Origin: an uncultured Thermoleophilia bacterium
GTDB lineage: Bacteria; Actinomycetota; Thermoleophilia; UBA2241
Direction: 5' to 3'
DNA: 64,000 bases
NCBI GenBank assembly: GCA_963702475.1
Contig: CAVPCT010000003.1
Coordinates: 896,001 to 960,000, forward strand
The position numbers and the translations under genes are program-made. The notes beneath the pieces were generated by a model. The model made no database searches and had not been told where the DNA came from. It saw only the letters and a list, made by a program, of their open reading frames with translations. Below, piece by piece: positions 38,250 through 48,070 of the stretch (position 1 is the first letter of the stretch; the number at the start of each line of letters is the position of its first letter).

Positions 38250-39160
38250 TGCGCCTGGGCTTCTTCCTCGGCGAGGCGTTCGGGTCCATGCGCCGCAACT
38301 GGGTCATGGCCATGGCGGCCGTGATCACCGTGTTCATCAGCACGGCCATCCTCGGCGCCGTCCTCGTCACCCGCGACAACCTCAACCAGGGCGCCACCAG
38401 CCTCAAGAACCGGGTCATGATCGAGGTCTTCATCAAGGATTCAGCCACGCCGCAGCAGACGCAGGCGCTGGAGCGCAAGATCCAGGGCATCCCCCAGATC
38501 AGGAGTTACAAGTACATCTCCAAGGACGAGGCCTTGCGCCGCTTCCGCGAGCGGTTCGGCGAACGCATCGTCGCCAATCTGCCCATCAACCCTCTGCCGG
38601 CTTCGTACGAGATCCAGGTCAAGGACGCCGACCAGGTCGACGCCGTTGCCGCCAAGTTCTTCGACGACCCCACGGTGGACAACGACCCCGGTACGCACAA
38701 CGGGGTGAAGTACGCCAAGGAGACGGTGCGCAAGATGCTGGGCACCATCAGCCTCATCGAGAAGGGCATGTGGGTCACCACCATCATCTTCGCGGCGGCG
38801 GCGGTCCTGCTCATCAGCACCACGGTGCGGCTCTCCATCTTCGCGCGACGCCGGGAGGTGGAGATCATGCGCCTCGTGGGCGCCACCAACTGGTTCATCC
38901 GCTGGCCGTTCGTGCTCGAGGGCTTCATCACCGGCCTCATCGGGGCTTGCCTGGCGGCGGTGTTCGTGTGGGTGGGCAACTGGGGCATCGCGAGCTGGAT
39001 CAAGGGCTCGCAGATCAACTTCCTGAACCTGCGCGTGCTCTCGGTGTGGTGGCAGGGCGGCACCTGGCCTCTGGGTCTGCTGCCCACGCTCGCTGTCATC
39101 GGCGCCGTGCTCGGCGCCCTGGGCAGCCTCGTGGCCCTGCGCCGCTACCTCAAGACGTGA
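38249..39160 (+). CDS. ftsX: Cell division permease FtsX
   Basis: ISKDEAL..F, NPLPAS, RLSIFARRREVEIMRLVGAT..FIR.PF..EG. Confidence 0.95.
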   Translation: MRLGFFLGEAFGSMRRNWVMAMAAVITVFISTAILGAVLVTRDNLNQGATSLKNRVMIEVFIKDSATPQQTQALERKIQGIPQIRSYKYISKDEALRRFRERFGERIVANLPINPLPASYEIQVKDADQVDAVAAKFFDDPTVDNDPGTHNGVKYAKETVRKMLGTISLIEKGMWVTTIIFAAAAVLLISTTVRLSIFARRREVEIMRLVGATNWFIRWPFVLEGFITGLIGACLAAVFVWVGNWGIASWIKGSQINFLNLRVLSVWWQGGTWPLGLLPTLAVIGAVLGALGSLVALRRYLKT

Positions 39161-39214
39161 GCCGGGGCGGGGCCGCCGCAGGGCCGCCCCGCCGCCCCGA
39201 AGGCAGGTGACTGC

Positions 39215-40387
39215 TTGATCCTCATGCGCAGACTGATCATCGTGGCGGCTCTCGCGGCTCTCGCTCTGGGGCTCCTTCCGGCGTTCGCCGGTGCGGCACC
39301 CACCGAACTGGAGAAGACGCGCGACAAGATCAAGACGGCCAAGAAGCAGAAGGCGACCCTCAAGGACCAGATCGCCTCGCTGGACGGCCGCCTCACCGCG
39401 ATCGACGATGAGCTGGCCCGGATCGGCGATGAGATCGGTGCCGTGCGCCAGAAGCTCACCGTCACGCAGGAGAAGCTCGATCTGCTGCAGCAGCAGCTCA
39501 CCTTGAAGCGGCAGGAGCTTCGCCGCGCGCAACAGAAGCTCGTCACGGAGCGCGACAACTTCGAGCAGCGCGTGGTGATCGCGTACAAGACCGACGATCT
39601 CAGCTACGTCGACGTCGTCCTGGCGTCCAGCAGCTTCGAGGACCTGCTCAGCCGTGTGAGTGTGGTGCGCAGGCTCATCAGCGGCAACGACGCGCTGGTC
39701 GGTGGCCTCGAGTCCACGCGCGACCAGGTCGCGCGCGAGAAGCGCGCCGTGGCCGAGAAGGAGCACGGCGTGCGCAAGGCCGTGAACGACCTCGAGGCGC
39801 AGAGCGAGCAGCTGGCCGCCCTGCAGGCCGCCCAGGCGGCCCAGAAGGCGGCCTCCCTCGCGCTTCGCAAGCAGAAGAACGGCCAGCTCGCCAAGGTCAC
39901 GAGCAACCTGGCCCTGCTCGAGCAGCAGGAGAACCAGCTGCTCGCCGAGAGCCAGTCGCTCACCGGTGTGATCGCCGGCGCCCAGGGCGCCGGCGGCGGC
40001 ACCGGCCAGCTCATCTGGCCCTGCGGCGGCACGGTGGTCTCTCCTTTCGGCTACCGCATCCATCCCATCCTTCACTATCGCAGGATGCACACCGGCATCG
40101 ACATCGCGGTCGGCTACGGCACGCCCCTCCGCGCCGCCGACGGCGGTACTGTCATCTACGCCACGTGGATGGGCGGGTACGGCAACGTGATCATCATCGA
40201 CCACGGGGGCGGCATCTCCACGCTGTACGCGCACCAGTCCTCGCTCGCCGTCGGGAGCGGCACCCGGGTCGCGCGTGGCCAGCTCGTGGGCTACGTCGGG
40301 TCCACCGGCCTCTCCACCGGCCCGCACCTGCACTTCGAGGTGCGCGTCAACGGCAATCCGGTGGACCCGATGGGGTACCTGCCCTGA
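39215..40387 (+). CDS. Coiled-coil + M23 peptidase (EnvC-like murein hydrolase/activator)
   Basis: Signal peptide, long coiled coil, HTGID, YAH, STGPHLHFEVR. Confidence 0.92.
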   Translation: MILMRRLIIVAALAALALGLLPAFAGAAPTELEKTRDKIKTAKKQKATLKDQIASLDGRLTAIDDELARIGDEIGAVRQKLTVTQEKLDLLQQQLTLKRQELRRAQQKLVTERDNFEQRVVIAYKTDDLSYVDVVLASSSFEDLLSRVSVVRRLISGNDALVGGLESTRDQVAREKRAVAEKEHGVRKAVNDLEAQSEQLAALQAAQAAQKAASLALRKQKNGQLAKVTSNLALLEQQENQLLAESQSLTGVIAGAQGAGGGTGQLIWPCGGTVVSPFGYRIHPILHYRRMHTGIDIAVGYGTPLRAADGGTVIYATWMGGYGNVIIIDHGGGISTLYAHQSSLAVGSGTRVARGQLVGYVGSTGLSTGPHLHFEVRVNGNPVDPMGYLP

Positions 40388-40461
40388 GCGGACCCGCCCC
40401 TCGCGCCCGCCTCGGTCCTCGCCCGTTTGCCGCCCGCCCCGTCACCCCCTACCATGCCTAG

Positions 40462-41640
40462 GTGATGCGCGGCCTTCGTACCCTCATCGTCGTCCTCTTC
40501 GTCGCCCTCGGGTTCCTCGGCGGCTACTTCATCGGGTGGTACCTGCACGGCGAGAACACCGTGCGGCTCAGCGCGGGTCAGACGAACGCCGCTGAGAAAG
40601 CCGGCCAGCTGCAGCAGCGCATTATCGAGGAGCTGCAGGGGCGCTACTACAAACCGGTGGACGTGGACAAGCTGAGCGCGGCCGGGGTTGACGGGACGCT
40701 CAAGTCGCTGAACGACCCGTACACGGTGTACTGGTCGCCTGAGGAGGCAAAGGCGACCCGGGAGAGGCTGAGTGGCGAGTACTCCGGTATCGGCGCCGCC
40801 CTGGAGAAGGGCAAGGACGGCCTCGTCATCACTACGGTGTTCGAGGACTCCCCGGCGAAGCAGGCTGGTCTCGAGCCCGGCGACATCATCGTGACGGTCG
40901 ACGGCAAACCCACCAAGGATGTGGCCATCGACACGAGCATTGCCCGCATCAAGGGCGAGGAGGGGTCGCACGTGATGCTCGGCATCAGGCCCAAGGAGGG
41001 CGGCGCCATCCGCGCGCTCGACATCGTACGCCGTCGCATCGAGATCCCGCAGACGCGCTCGAGGATGGAGCGCTCCAACGGCCAGAAGGTCGGCTACGTC
41101 CAGCTGTGGGAATTCGGCGACAACGCCGCCCGCGACGTGCGGGAAGACGTGGACGATCTCCAGCAGCGGGGCGCGCAGTCCTTCATCCTCGACCTCCGCT
41201 ACAACACGGGCGGCTACCTCGTTCCGGCGGTGGACGTCACGGGCATCTTCCAGACCGGGGTCGTCGTCACCACGGAGGGCCTGCACTCCCCCAGAGAAGT
41301 GCTGTCGACGGACGGTCCCGTCGCCACGCAGAAGAAGATGGTCGTCCTCGTGAACGGCTACTCCGCCAGCTCCTCGGAGATCGTCACAGGCGCCCTCAAG
41401 GACCACGGCCGCGCCGAGATCATCGGCACGCGCACCTTCGGCAAAGGCCTCGTGCAGACCATCGTGCCGCTTGGGGACGGTTCGGTCCTCAAGCTCACCA
41501 CCGCCGTGTACCTCACACCCAACGGCACCGACATCAACAAGAAGGGCATCGCGCCCGACATCGTGGTGAAGGACGACGCCAAGACCAGGAAGGACGAGCA
41601 GCTCCAGGCCGCGCTCACCTACCTCACCGGGAAGAAGTGA
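40462..41640 (+). CDS. ctpA: S41A carboxyl-terminal processing protease (PDZ)
   Basis: DPYT.Y, GIG, LDLR.N.GG, SASSSEI, TFGKG.VQ. Confidence 0.92.
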   Translation: MMRGLRTLIVVLFVALGFLGGYFIGWYLHGENTVRLSAGQTNAAEKAGQLQQRIIEELQGRYYKPVDVDKLSAAGVDGTLKSLNDPYTVYWSPEEAKATRERLSGEYSGIGAALEKGKDGLVITTVFEDSPAKQAGLEPGDIIVTVDGKPTKDVAIDTSIARIKGEEGSHVMLGIRPKEGGAIRALDIVRRRIEIPQTRSRMERSNGQKVGYVQLWEFGDNAARDVREDVDDLQQRGAQSFILDLRYNTGGYLVPAVDVTGIFQTGVVVTTEGLHSPREVLSTDGPVATQKKMVVLVNGYSASSSEIVTGALKDHGRAEIIGTRTFGKGLVQTIVPLGDGSVLKLTTAVYLTPNGTDINKKGIAPDIVVKDDAKTRKDEQLQAALTYLTGKK

Positions 41641-41646
41641 CGGCGC

Positions 41647-43617
41647 ATGGCGTCGCGTGAACGGCGCGCGGGCGGCGGCCGGTCGCGGGGCGCCGGCCGC
41701 GACGACGCCGGCCGCGACGAGCGCAGCCCGACGCCTCCGCGCGAGCTCCCTTACCGGGTCGCGCGCTGGGGCAAGTTCTGGTCGCTGGAGCCGCTGTTCG
41801 CCGACGCCCGCTCCTGCCTCGTCGCCAAGGGCGGTGAGACGCCACACCTCGACGACATCGTACTGGCCGTGCCCTCGCACGGGGACAGGCGGCGCGTCGT
41901 CAGGGTGCTGGGGCGCGCCGACGATCTCGCGGTGGTCCTGCGCGCCATGCTCTACGCCAAGGGTCTGCCGCAAGGGTTCGGCGCCGACGTGCTCGAGGAG
42001 GCGAACGCGGTAGGAGGGAGGGCCGGCCGCGCCGACGCGGACCGGCACGACCTGACCGGCCTGCCCACGTTCACCATCGATCCCGACACGGCGCGCGACT
42101 TCGACGACGCCATCTCCGTGCAGCGCGAGGGCGCCGGGTTCCGGGCGCACGTGCACATCGCCGACGTCTCGTACTTCGTGGATGACGACGGGCTGATCGA
42201 GCGCGAGGCGCGGCGGCGGACCTCGAGCGTCTACCTGCCGCTCTTCGCCGAGCCCATGCTGCCGTCGGCGCTGAGCAGCGACCTCTGCAGCCTGGTGCCG
42301 CGCGAGCCGCGCAAGTGCGTCACCGTGGAGCTCGGGCTCGCGGAGGACGGGCGGCGCACCGCGGTCACGTTCTACCGCTCGCTCATCCGCAGCGACCACC
42401 GCCTCACCTACGGCTTCGTGGACACCGTCATCGGCGAGGGGGACGAGGCCGCGGGCGCCAGTCCGGCGGCCGAGGTGCCCGGGGCCACCTTCGAGGCTGA
42501 CGAGGAGCTGGCGGCTCGCCTGCGGCTGGCCGCCGAGGTGGCGGGGTTGCTGCGCCGCCGCCGCCAGGCCCGCGGCGCCCTCACGCTGGGCTCGTTCGAG
42601 CCCGAGTACGAGTTCGACAAGGACGGCGTACTGGCGGGCGCCGGGGGGCGCCCGGAGACGCCGTCCCACGCCCTCGTGGAGGAGTTCATGCTCGCGGCCA
42701 ACGAGGCCGTTGCCGAGTTCCTGCTGCGCAAGCGCGGCCGCACGCTCTATCGCGTGCACGAGCCGCCCGAGCCGGCGAGCGTGCGTGAGCTGCTCGACGA
42801 GCTCGAGGAGCTCGGCGTACAGACTCCGCCGTTCCCCGCCGGGGAGGCCGTGCCGGCGGCCGAGCTGGCCGAGGCCTACGGCCGCCTGAGCCGCATCGTC
42901 GCCGAGACCAGCGCCCGTGAGGGCCGCGGCCGCGGCGCCTGGCCCACGCTGCTGCTGCGCTCGCTCAAGCAGGCCAGGTACGGTCCCGCGAACCTCGGGC
43001 ACTTTGGGCTGGCGAGCCCGGCGTACCTGCACTTCACCTCGCCCATCCGCCGGTATCCCGACCTCGTCACCCACCGTAGCCTGCTGCGGCAGCTCGGGGT
43101 GGGCGGCGCGGAGCTCGGCGACGCCGAGCTGGCCACAGCCGGCGAGGACTGCTCCACCCGCGAGCGTGAGATCGCCCGCCTCGAGATGGACGCAGACAAG
43201 GTAGCCTTGAGCTTCCTCCTCGAACGCAGCCTCCAGGCGGAGGGCTGGGAGCAGGCGTTCCCGGGCGAGATCGTCGGCCTCGTCGGCGGGGGCCTCTTCG
43301 TGCGCTTCGGCGGCGTGCACGAGGGGTTCCTCTCGGCGCGCCGCCTCGGTGGCGAGCGCTTCGAGGTCAGCGAGCACGAGACGGCGCTTGTGGGCGAGGC
43401 CACCGGCCGGCGGTTCCGCCTGGGCGACCCGGTCCGGGTCCGCGTCGAACGCGTGGACCGCCTCTCCGGCAAGGTCGACCTCGCCCCGGCCGAGATCCAC
43501 GAGCACGCGGCCGGGCAGGCAGGCCGGCGCCCTCACGTCCCGGCCGGCCGCCAGCTCCCCCAGCGCCAGACGCACCGGCGTCCGCCGGCCCACGGGCCCC
43601 GTCGGCGCGGGCGCTGA
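41647..43617 (+). CDS. rnr: Ribonuclease R / RNB family exoribonuclease (shortened N-terminus)
   Basis: TIDPDTARDFDDAIS, VHIADVS, EEFMLAAN, HFGLA...Y.HFTSPIRRYPDL, C-terminal S1; lies upstream of smpB. Confidence 0.9.
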   Translation: MASRERRAGGGRSRGAGRDDAGRDERSPTPPRELPYRVARWGKFWSLEPLFADARSCLVAKGGETPHLDDIVLAVPSHGDRRRVVRVLGRADDLAVVLRAMLYAKGLPQGFGADVLEEANAVGGRAGRADADRHDLTGLPTFTIDPDTARDFDDAISVQREGAGFRAHVHIADVSYFVDDDGLIEREARRRTSSVYLPLFAEPMLPSALSSDLCSLVPREPRKCVTVELGLAEDGRRTAVTFYRSLIRSDHRLTYGFVDTVIGEGDEAAGASPAAEVPGATFEADEELAARLRLAAEVAGLLRRRRQARGALTLGSFEPEYEFDKDGVLAGAGGRPETPSHALVEEFMLAANEAVAEFLLRKRGRTLYRVHEPPEPASVRELLDELEELGVQTPPFPAGEAVPAAELAEAYGRLSRIVAETSAREGRGRGAWPTLLLRSLKQARYGPANLGHFGLASPAYLHFTSPIRRYPDLVTHRSLLRQLGVGGAELGDAELATAGEDCSTREREIARLEMDADKVALSFLLERSLQAEGWEQAFPGEIVGLVGGGLFVRFGGVHEGFLSARRLGGERFEVSEHETALVGEATGRRFRLGDPVRVRVERVDRLSGKVDLAPAEIHEHAAGQAGRRPHVPAGRQLPQRQTHRRPPAHGPRRRGR

Positions 43618-43640
43618 CCCGTTTGGGGTACGCTGGCGGC

Positions 43641-44129
43641 ATGGCACGCGAATCCGGCATCAAGCGCGTCGCGGACAACCGCAAGGCTCGGCACGACTAC
43701 TTCATCGACGATACGTTCGAAGCGGGCATCGAGCTGGTCGGCACCGAGGTCAAGTCCCTGCGCGAGGGGCGCATCAACCTGCGCGACAGCTACGTCGAGG
43801 TCAAGGGCCCGCCCTACAAGGCCCAGCTCTATCTGGTCGGCGCCCACATCAGCCCCTACGACCAGGGCAACATCTGGAACCACGACCCGCTGCGTTCGCG
43901 GCGCCTGCTGCTGCATCGCTCGGAGATCGACCGCATCGCCCAGCGCGTGCGCGAGCGCGGCTTCACGGTCGTGCCGCTCAAGGTCTACTTCAAGGACGGG
44001 CGCGCCAAGGTGGAGATCGGCCTGGCGCGCGGCAAGAAGCTCTACGACAAGCGGCACGACATCGCCTCACGCGACGCGAAGCGCGACGTGGAGCGTGCGC
44101 TTCGGGGCCGCGGGGAAGACAGCCGGTAA
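43641..44129 (+). CDS. smpB: SsrA-binding protein SmpB
   Basis: NRKARHDY, EAGIEL.GTEVKSLR, NHDP.R.R.LLLH, GKKLYDKR. Confidence 0.97.
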   Translation: MARESGIKRVADNRKARHDYFIDDTFEAGIELVGTEVKSLREGRINLRDSYVEVKGPPYKAQLYLVGAHISPYDQGNIWNHDPLRSRRLLLHRSEIDRIAQRVRERGFTVVPLKVYFKDGRAKVEIGLARGKKLYDKRHDIASRDAKRDVERALRGRGEDSR

Positions 44130-44165
44130 CGGCGCCGCCGGCGTCGTCGTCATGGGAGGCGCCGC

Positions 44166-44444
44166 GTGAACACCCTGAACAAGGAACAGATCGAGTCCGC
44201 CCTGCAGGGCCTCGACGACTGGGACTATCGGGACGAGGCCCTCACCCGCACCTTCCGCTTCGCCGACTTCGTGCACGCCGTCGAGTTCGTCGAACGGCTG
44301 GCCGAGGTGGCCGAGGAGCGGCAGCACCACCCCGACATCGACATCCGCTACAACAAGGTGACGCTGCGCTTGAGCACGCACAGCGCCGGCGGCGTCACGC
44401 AGCGCGACGTGGAGCTCGCCGAAGCGGTCGAGCACCTGCTCTGA
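44166..44444 (+). CDS. phhB: Pterin-4-alpha-carbinolamine dehydratase
   Basis: F.DF..A..FV..LA..AE...HHPDIDIRYNKV...LSTH.AGGVT..D. Confidence 0.93.
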   Translation: MNTLNKEQIESALQGLDDWDYRDEALTRTFRFADFVHAVEFVERLAEVAEERQHHPDIDIRYNKVTLRLSTHSAGGVTQRDVELAEAVEHLL

Positions 44445-44554
44445 CGGTCGCACGGCGGCCGGGTGACGGCGCCGCACCGGCTTGCCTCAGCGGTCGGACC
44501 GCGGCCTGTGCCAGGTGGCCGGCGGGGTCGCCGGCGTCCCCGTCCGCGCCCGCG

Positions 44555-44563
44555 TGCTACAAT
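44555..44563 (+). promoter_or_regulatory. Extended -10 promoter (TGCTACAAT) for the tRNA
   Basis: TGnTACAAT ends 10 nt before the tRNA 5' end. Confidence 0.6.
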
Positions 44564-44573
44564 CCGCACCCGT

Positions 44574-44649
44574 GCCCTCGTAGCTCAGGGGATAGAGCGC
44601 GCGCCTCCGGAGCGCGAGGTCGAAGGTTCGAATCCTTCCGGGGGCACCA
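44574..44649 (+). tRNA. tRNA-Arg (CCG)
   Basis: Cloverleaf: GCCCTCG/CGGGGGC acceptor, GCTC/GAGC D-arm, CGCGC-CTCCGGA-GCGCG anticodon arm, GAAGG-TTCGAAT-CCTTC T-arm, encoded CCA. Confidence 0.97.
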
Positions 44650-44655
44650 GACGTT

Positions 44656-44679
44656 GCCATTCCGACAGCCATTCCGACA
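44656..44679 (+). repeat. 12-bp direct repeat GCCATTCCGACA x2 just after the tRNA
   Basis: Exact tandem duplication starting 7 nt after the CCA end. Confidence 0.75.
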
Positions 44680-44782
44680 ACGACCTTCCTCCTTCTGAGG
44701 CGCAGCCTCGTCCATTCGCCTGCCCGGCGGTTGGTCGCGATGATGAAGACGCGCGCCGTGCGCAGCCGCTACTCAGCACTCG

Positions 44783-45508
44783 TCATGGTGAAGCCGAGCC
44801 GGCCGTATCGTTCCGGTCGACGTTCCGCAGGAAGGCGATGACGGCAATCAGCGCGATGGCGGCGAGGACGGCGAAGCCCGGCACGGCGGCAGTCGCGACC
44901 ACGTTCGAGGCGGGATCGGCGCGGTGGCCGAGCCACTGGTCGGTCGCCACGGTGACGCCCTCCAGCACCCAGTAGACGAGGCCGGCGCCGGCGATCAGGT
45001 AGCCCCACGGGCGCCGCCGCCACAGCCAGATCGCGCCGACCAGAAGGAGCGGCAGCCAGAAGGAGAGGTCCTGCACCCATGTCGGGACGGTCGTGAGGCC
45101 GGTGCCCTCGAGGGCCTTGAGCGGGGCGTCGTCGACGATCCCGGGCAGGGCTCCCCTCAGCCAGAGCAGGCCGTTGCCGACGACGATCACGGCGATGAAG
45201 GCGGCCAGCAGGCGGGCGGGCAGGCGCCGGTCGCAGCGGCCGGCCAGCTCCTCGACGTCGATCATCGCGGCGAGCGCGATCCCCGTTGCGATCAAGAGCC
45301 CCATCATCACGACGTTCCCCAGGAAGAGCCGGTTGAACGGCGTCGCGAAGAGCAGCATGAAGGCGTTGTAGGCGAGGTACAGCACGGCCCCGAACCAGAC
45401 GACCACGGCGCGGGCCGAGCCGCGGCGCGCCAGCCACATCGCTACGGCCAGCGTGGGGAGGGCGCAGACGAGCGCGATCAGCGCCGTCCCCCGGGCCGAG
45501 CCGTTCAT
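44783..45508 (-). CDS. Multi-TM hypothetical membrane protein (N-terminus probably extends upstream across a frameshift)
   Basis: Several hydrophobic helices, GSARA...YLAYN, DL.F.LP, RRPWGY. Confidence 0.7.
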   Translation of the reverse strand: MNGSARGTALIALVCALPTLAVAMWLARRGSARAVVVWFGAVLYLAYNAFMLLFATPFNRLFLGNVVMMGLLIATGIALAAMIDVEELAGRCDRRLPARLLAAFIAVIVVGNGLLWLRGALPGIVDDAPLKALEGTGLTTVPTWVQDLSFWLPLLLVGAIWLWRRRPWGYLIAGAGLVYWVLEGVTVATDQWLGHRADPASNVVATAAVPGFAVLAAIALIAVIAFLRNVDRNDTAGSASP

Positions 45509-45729
45509 GACGGCCGGCCCCCGCAGGATGCGGGGCGGCCAGGCCGACCTGGGCCAGGTCCCGTGCGGTGATGTGCGCGATGGATTGGTGCACCCACCCC
45601 ACCGCGACCGTCATGGCGAGCAGCGACACCGCGACCCCCAGAGTGCAGAGTCAGGATGTGCCGGCCCTGCCCGCGCCTGTCTCGGCGACCCCCAGGGCGG
45701 CAGGCCCAGGCGAAGCGGGGCTCGAACCG

Positions 45730-46956
45730 TCATGCGTTGGTGATCGGATAGGGTAGCGCGGCACCGTCGGGGATGGTGTCGATGTACGCCTTGCGGAACT
45801 CCGCCGATTGCATGCGGCAGCGCAGAGAGCGCTTCGCGTACGCCGGGTGCTCGAGCTGACGCCGCCACAACTCCGCGACCGAGGCCTCCCGCACGTTGCC
45901 GAACGAGAGTGGCGTGAAGTCGCAGGGTGTGAACTCGCCGTGCGCCGTGATGTGGCATTGCAGGTTAGCTGCGAGGCAGCCGATCAGCAGGGTGAACCCC
46001 CGGCCGCTGTTCGTCCAGGACTGCGTGACGACGCGCAGCCGCCCCCGGTGGACGCGGTTGAGCCGACGCGCCTCGGCCATGAGCGTGCGGCGGTGCGGCG
46101 CATCGAGGAGTGGAGTGCAGCGGCGCAGCAGGCGGCCCGTACGGATGCCGTCGAACACGCTCACCTCGCTCGCGCCCCACTCGTCGCCGAGGGCGGCGAT
46201 GCGGCTCAGCTTGCGCTCGTCGACCGACTCGTTGGTCGCGAAGGTGGAGAGGCCCACGACTAGCCCCGTCCTGCGCGCCGCGCGCGCCGCCCTCTCCACC
46301 GCCTCGAACACGCCGGCGCGGCCGCGCAGCCGGTCGTGCTCGGCCGGGTCGGGGTCGTCGAGGCTGAGGTGGACGCCGTAGGCGCCGGCCTCGCGCAGGG
46401 CGTTCAGGCGGTCGTCCGTGGCCTCCAGCCCGTTGCAGAAGAACTCCGCGACGGCGCGCTCGCGTGGGACTGCCGCGACGAGCTCCTCGAGGTCGCGGCG
46501 CAAGAGCGGCTCACCTCCGGTGAATGTCACGACACTCGTGCCCAGATCGACGCATTCGTGGATGACTCGCCGCCATGTCTGCGTGGTCAAGGAGCCGTGT
46601 CCGCTTGGCCGCATGGCCGCACTGCAATGCGGACAGGAGAGCTGACAGGCGGCGGTGACGGCGAGCGTCGCCGCCGTGGGCCGACGTCGTCTGAAGAGCT
46701 GGCTCCGCAGGAAGTCCTCAAGCTGGTGGGCGTGCGCTCCGCTCGGCACCGGAGGCACGTACAGGGAGTAGATGTGGGCACCTGCTTGGAGGCCCACCGG
46801 ATGGATGCTGTTCAGCCAGGCGAAGTACGCGTGGATCGCGGGGAGGACCCGTCTCGGTGCGGTTCCCCGGGCCGTGAACGAGAGGCGCCCGCTCGCGGCG
46901 CGCACGTCCAGGGTGAGGTCCTCGAGCTCAGGCGTGTCCGGGAATCGGTAGAGCAC
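45730..46956 (-). CDS. Radical SAM protein with SPASM/twitch domain
   Basis: CQLSCPHC, FTGGEPLLR.DL, SLD..DP.EHD.LRG, GCLAA..QCHIT..GE.TPCDF..LSFGNV; RBS GAGGGGAGG before GTG. Confidence 0.9.
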   Translation of the reverse strand: MLYRFPDTPELEDLTLDVRAASGRLSFTARGTAPRRVLPAIHAYFAWLNSIHPVGLQAGAHIYSLYVPPVPSGAHAHQLEDFLRSQLFRRRRPTAATLAVTAACQLSCPHCSAAMRPSGHGSLTTQTWRRVIHECVDLGTSVVTFTGGEPLLRRDLEELVAAVPRERAVAEFFCNGLEATDDRLNALREAGAYGVHLSLDDPDPAEHDRLRGRAGVFEAVERAARAARRTGLVVGLSTFATNESVDERKLSRIAALGDEWGASEVSVFDGIRTGRLLRRCTPLLDAPHRRTLMAEARRLNRVHRGRLRVVTQSWTNSGRGFTLLIGCLAANLQCHITAHGEFTPCDFTPLSFGNVREASVAELWRRQLEHPAYAKRSLRCRMQSAEFRKAYIDTIPDGAALPYPITNA

Positions 46957-47070
46957 GGTCCTCCCCTCATCCGGCCGCATGCTACAGGATGCGAGCCTCA
47001 AGGTCCCACCTCGGGGTCTGAGAGGGGGTCCACGCCGCGGCGCACGGTGCGCGCCCGTGACTGCCTGGAG

Positions 47071-47418
47071 GACTTCGTCCACGGCGTCGACTTCGTCAAC
47101 CGCCTGGCCCAGGTGTCGGAGAAGCGCGAGCATCACCGGGACATCGACGTGCGCTGCAACAAGGTGACCCTGCACGTGAGCCACGACAGGGCACTGGATC
47201 TCGACCTGCTGCGCCGTGCGATCCGGCCGACCACACGCCTCATCGCCGTCGACTTCCCCAACAACCCGACCGGCTACGTGCCAGACGCAGCGACGTGCCG
47301 CGAGCTGGTCGAGCTGTGCGATGAGCGCGGCGTCAAGCTCAACGAGGCGGCCGACTTCTGCGATGAAGAGGATTCCGGGCTGGGCGGTCCGTTCCTTGAC
47401 GCCGCAGGGCGCGCCTGA
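47071..47418 (+). pseudogene. Chimeric remnant: phhB-like fragment joined in frame to a class I/II PLP aminotransferase fragment
   Basis: DFVHGVDFVNRLAQVSEKREHHRDIDVRCNKVTL followed by LDLDLLRRAIRPTTRLIAVDFPNNPTG...LVELC..RG. Confidence 0.7.
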
Positions 47419-47699
47419 GAGTAGATCCGGGTCCTTCCGGAGTTGTCGCCGATCTCCCTCATCCCTGTCCCCGCAGCGTCGACCTGAGCAGTGGCGCGGC
47501 CGTGAGTAGCCCCATGTGTGGTGCTGACGCCCCGACCTGAGGTCGGCAGGCGTACTCCTCGCTTCCTCTGCGACTGCCGATGACGGCACGACGGCGCCTG
47601 CCACGAACGGCGCCTGGCGCAAACGGCGGAACGGGCGTCGTGCGTCGCAGCGGCGTTCCCTGCTCCCCCGGCCGTCAGGATGCAGAAGGGCTTGCCGCG

Positions 47700-47947
47700 C
47701 CGCTCCGGTCGACGTTCCGGAGGAAGGCGATGACGGCGACCAGTGCGATGGCGGCGACGACGGCGAAGCCGGGCACCGCCGCCGTGGAGACCACGGTCGA
47801 CGCCGGATCTGCCCGGTCGCCGAGCCACTGTTCGGTCGCGACGGCGACGCCCTCCAGGACCCAGAAGACGAGGCCGGCGCCGGTGATCAGATAGCCCCAG
47901 GGCGCCGGCGCCAGAGCCAGATCGCTCCGACCAGCAGGAGTGGCAGC
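47700..47947 (-). pseudogene. C-terminal fragment of a paralog of the 44783-45508 membrane protein
   Basis: Colinear similarity to 44812-45056 (LPLLLVGAIWLW...PWGYLI.GAGLV.WVLEGV.VAT.QWLG.RADPAS...FLRNVDR). Confidence 0.8.
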
Positions 47948-48070
47948 TTCGTCGCACGCTGCGTGAAGGCTGTCGAACGCGGCGACCTGCCCGATTGACT
48001 ACGATGCACAACATCTGGAGATCTCCCACGTCAGAAGCAGCTCCCGTGAAGGGCCAGGCCAAGGAGAACG

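Noticed and set aside
40291-43647. 1118-aa minus-strand ORF, and similar long ORFs such as 38441-40333 and 33344-35173
   Set aside because: These are antisense shadows of real genes caused by high-GC codon bias.
44130-44570. tmRNA (ssrA) after smpB
   Set aside because: No GGGG 5' end, tag frame or TTCGA...CCA 3' end; the space holds phhB and the tRNA promoter.
45730-47622. 630-aa radical SAM with a long N-terminal extension
   Set aside because: The extension is the antisense of the phhB/aminotransferase remnant; an RBS supports a start near 46956.
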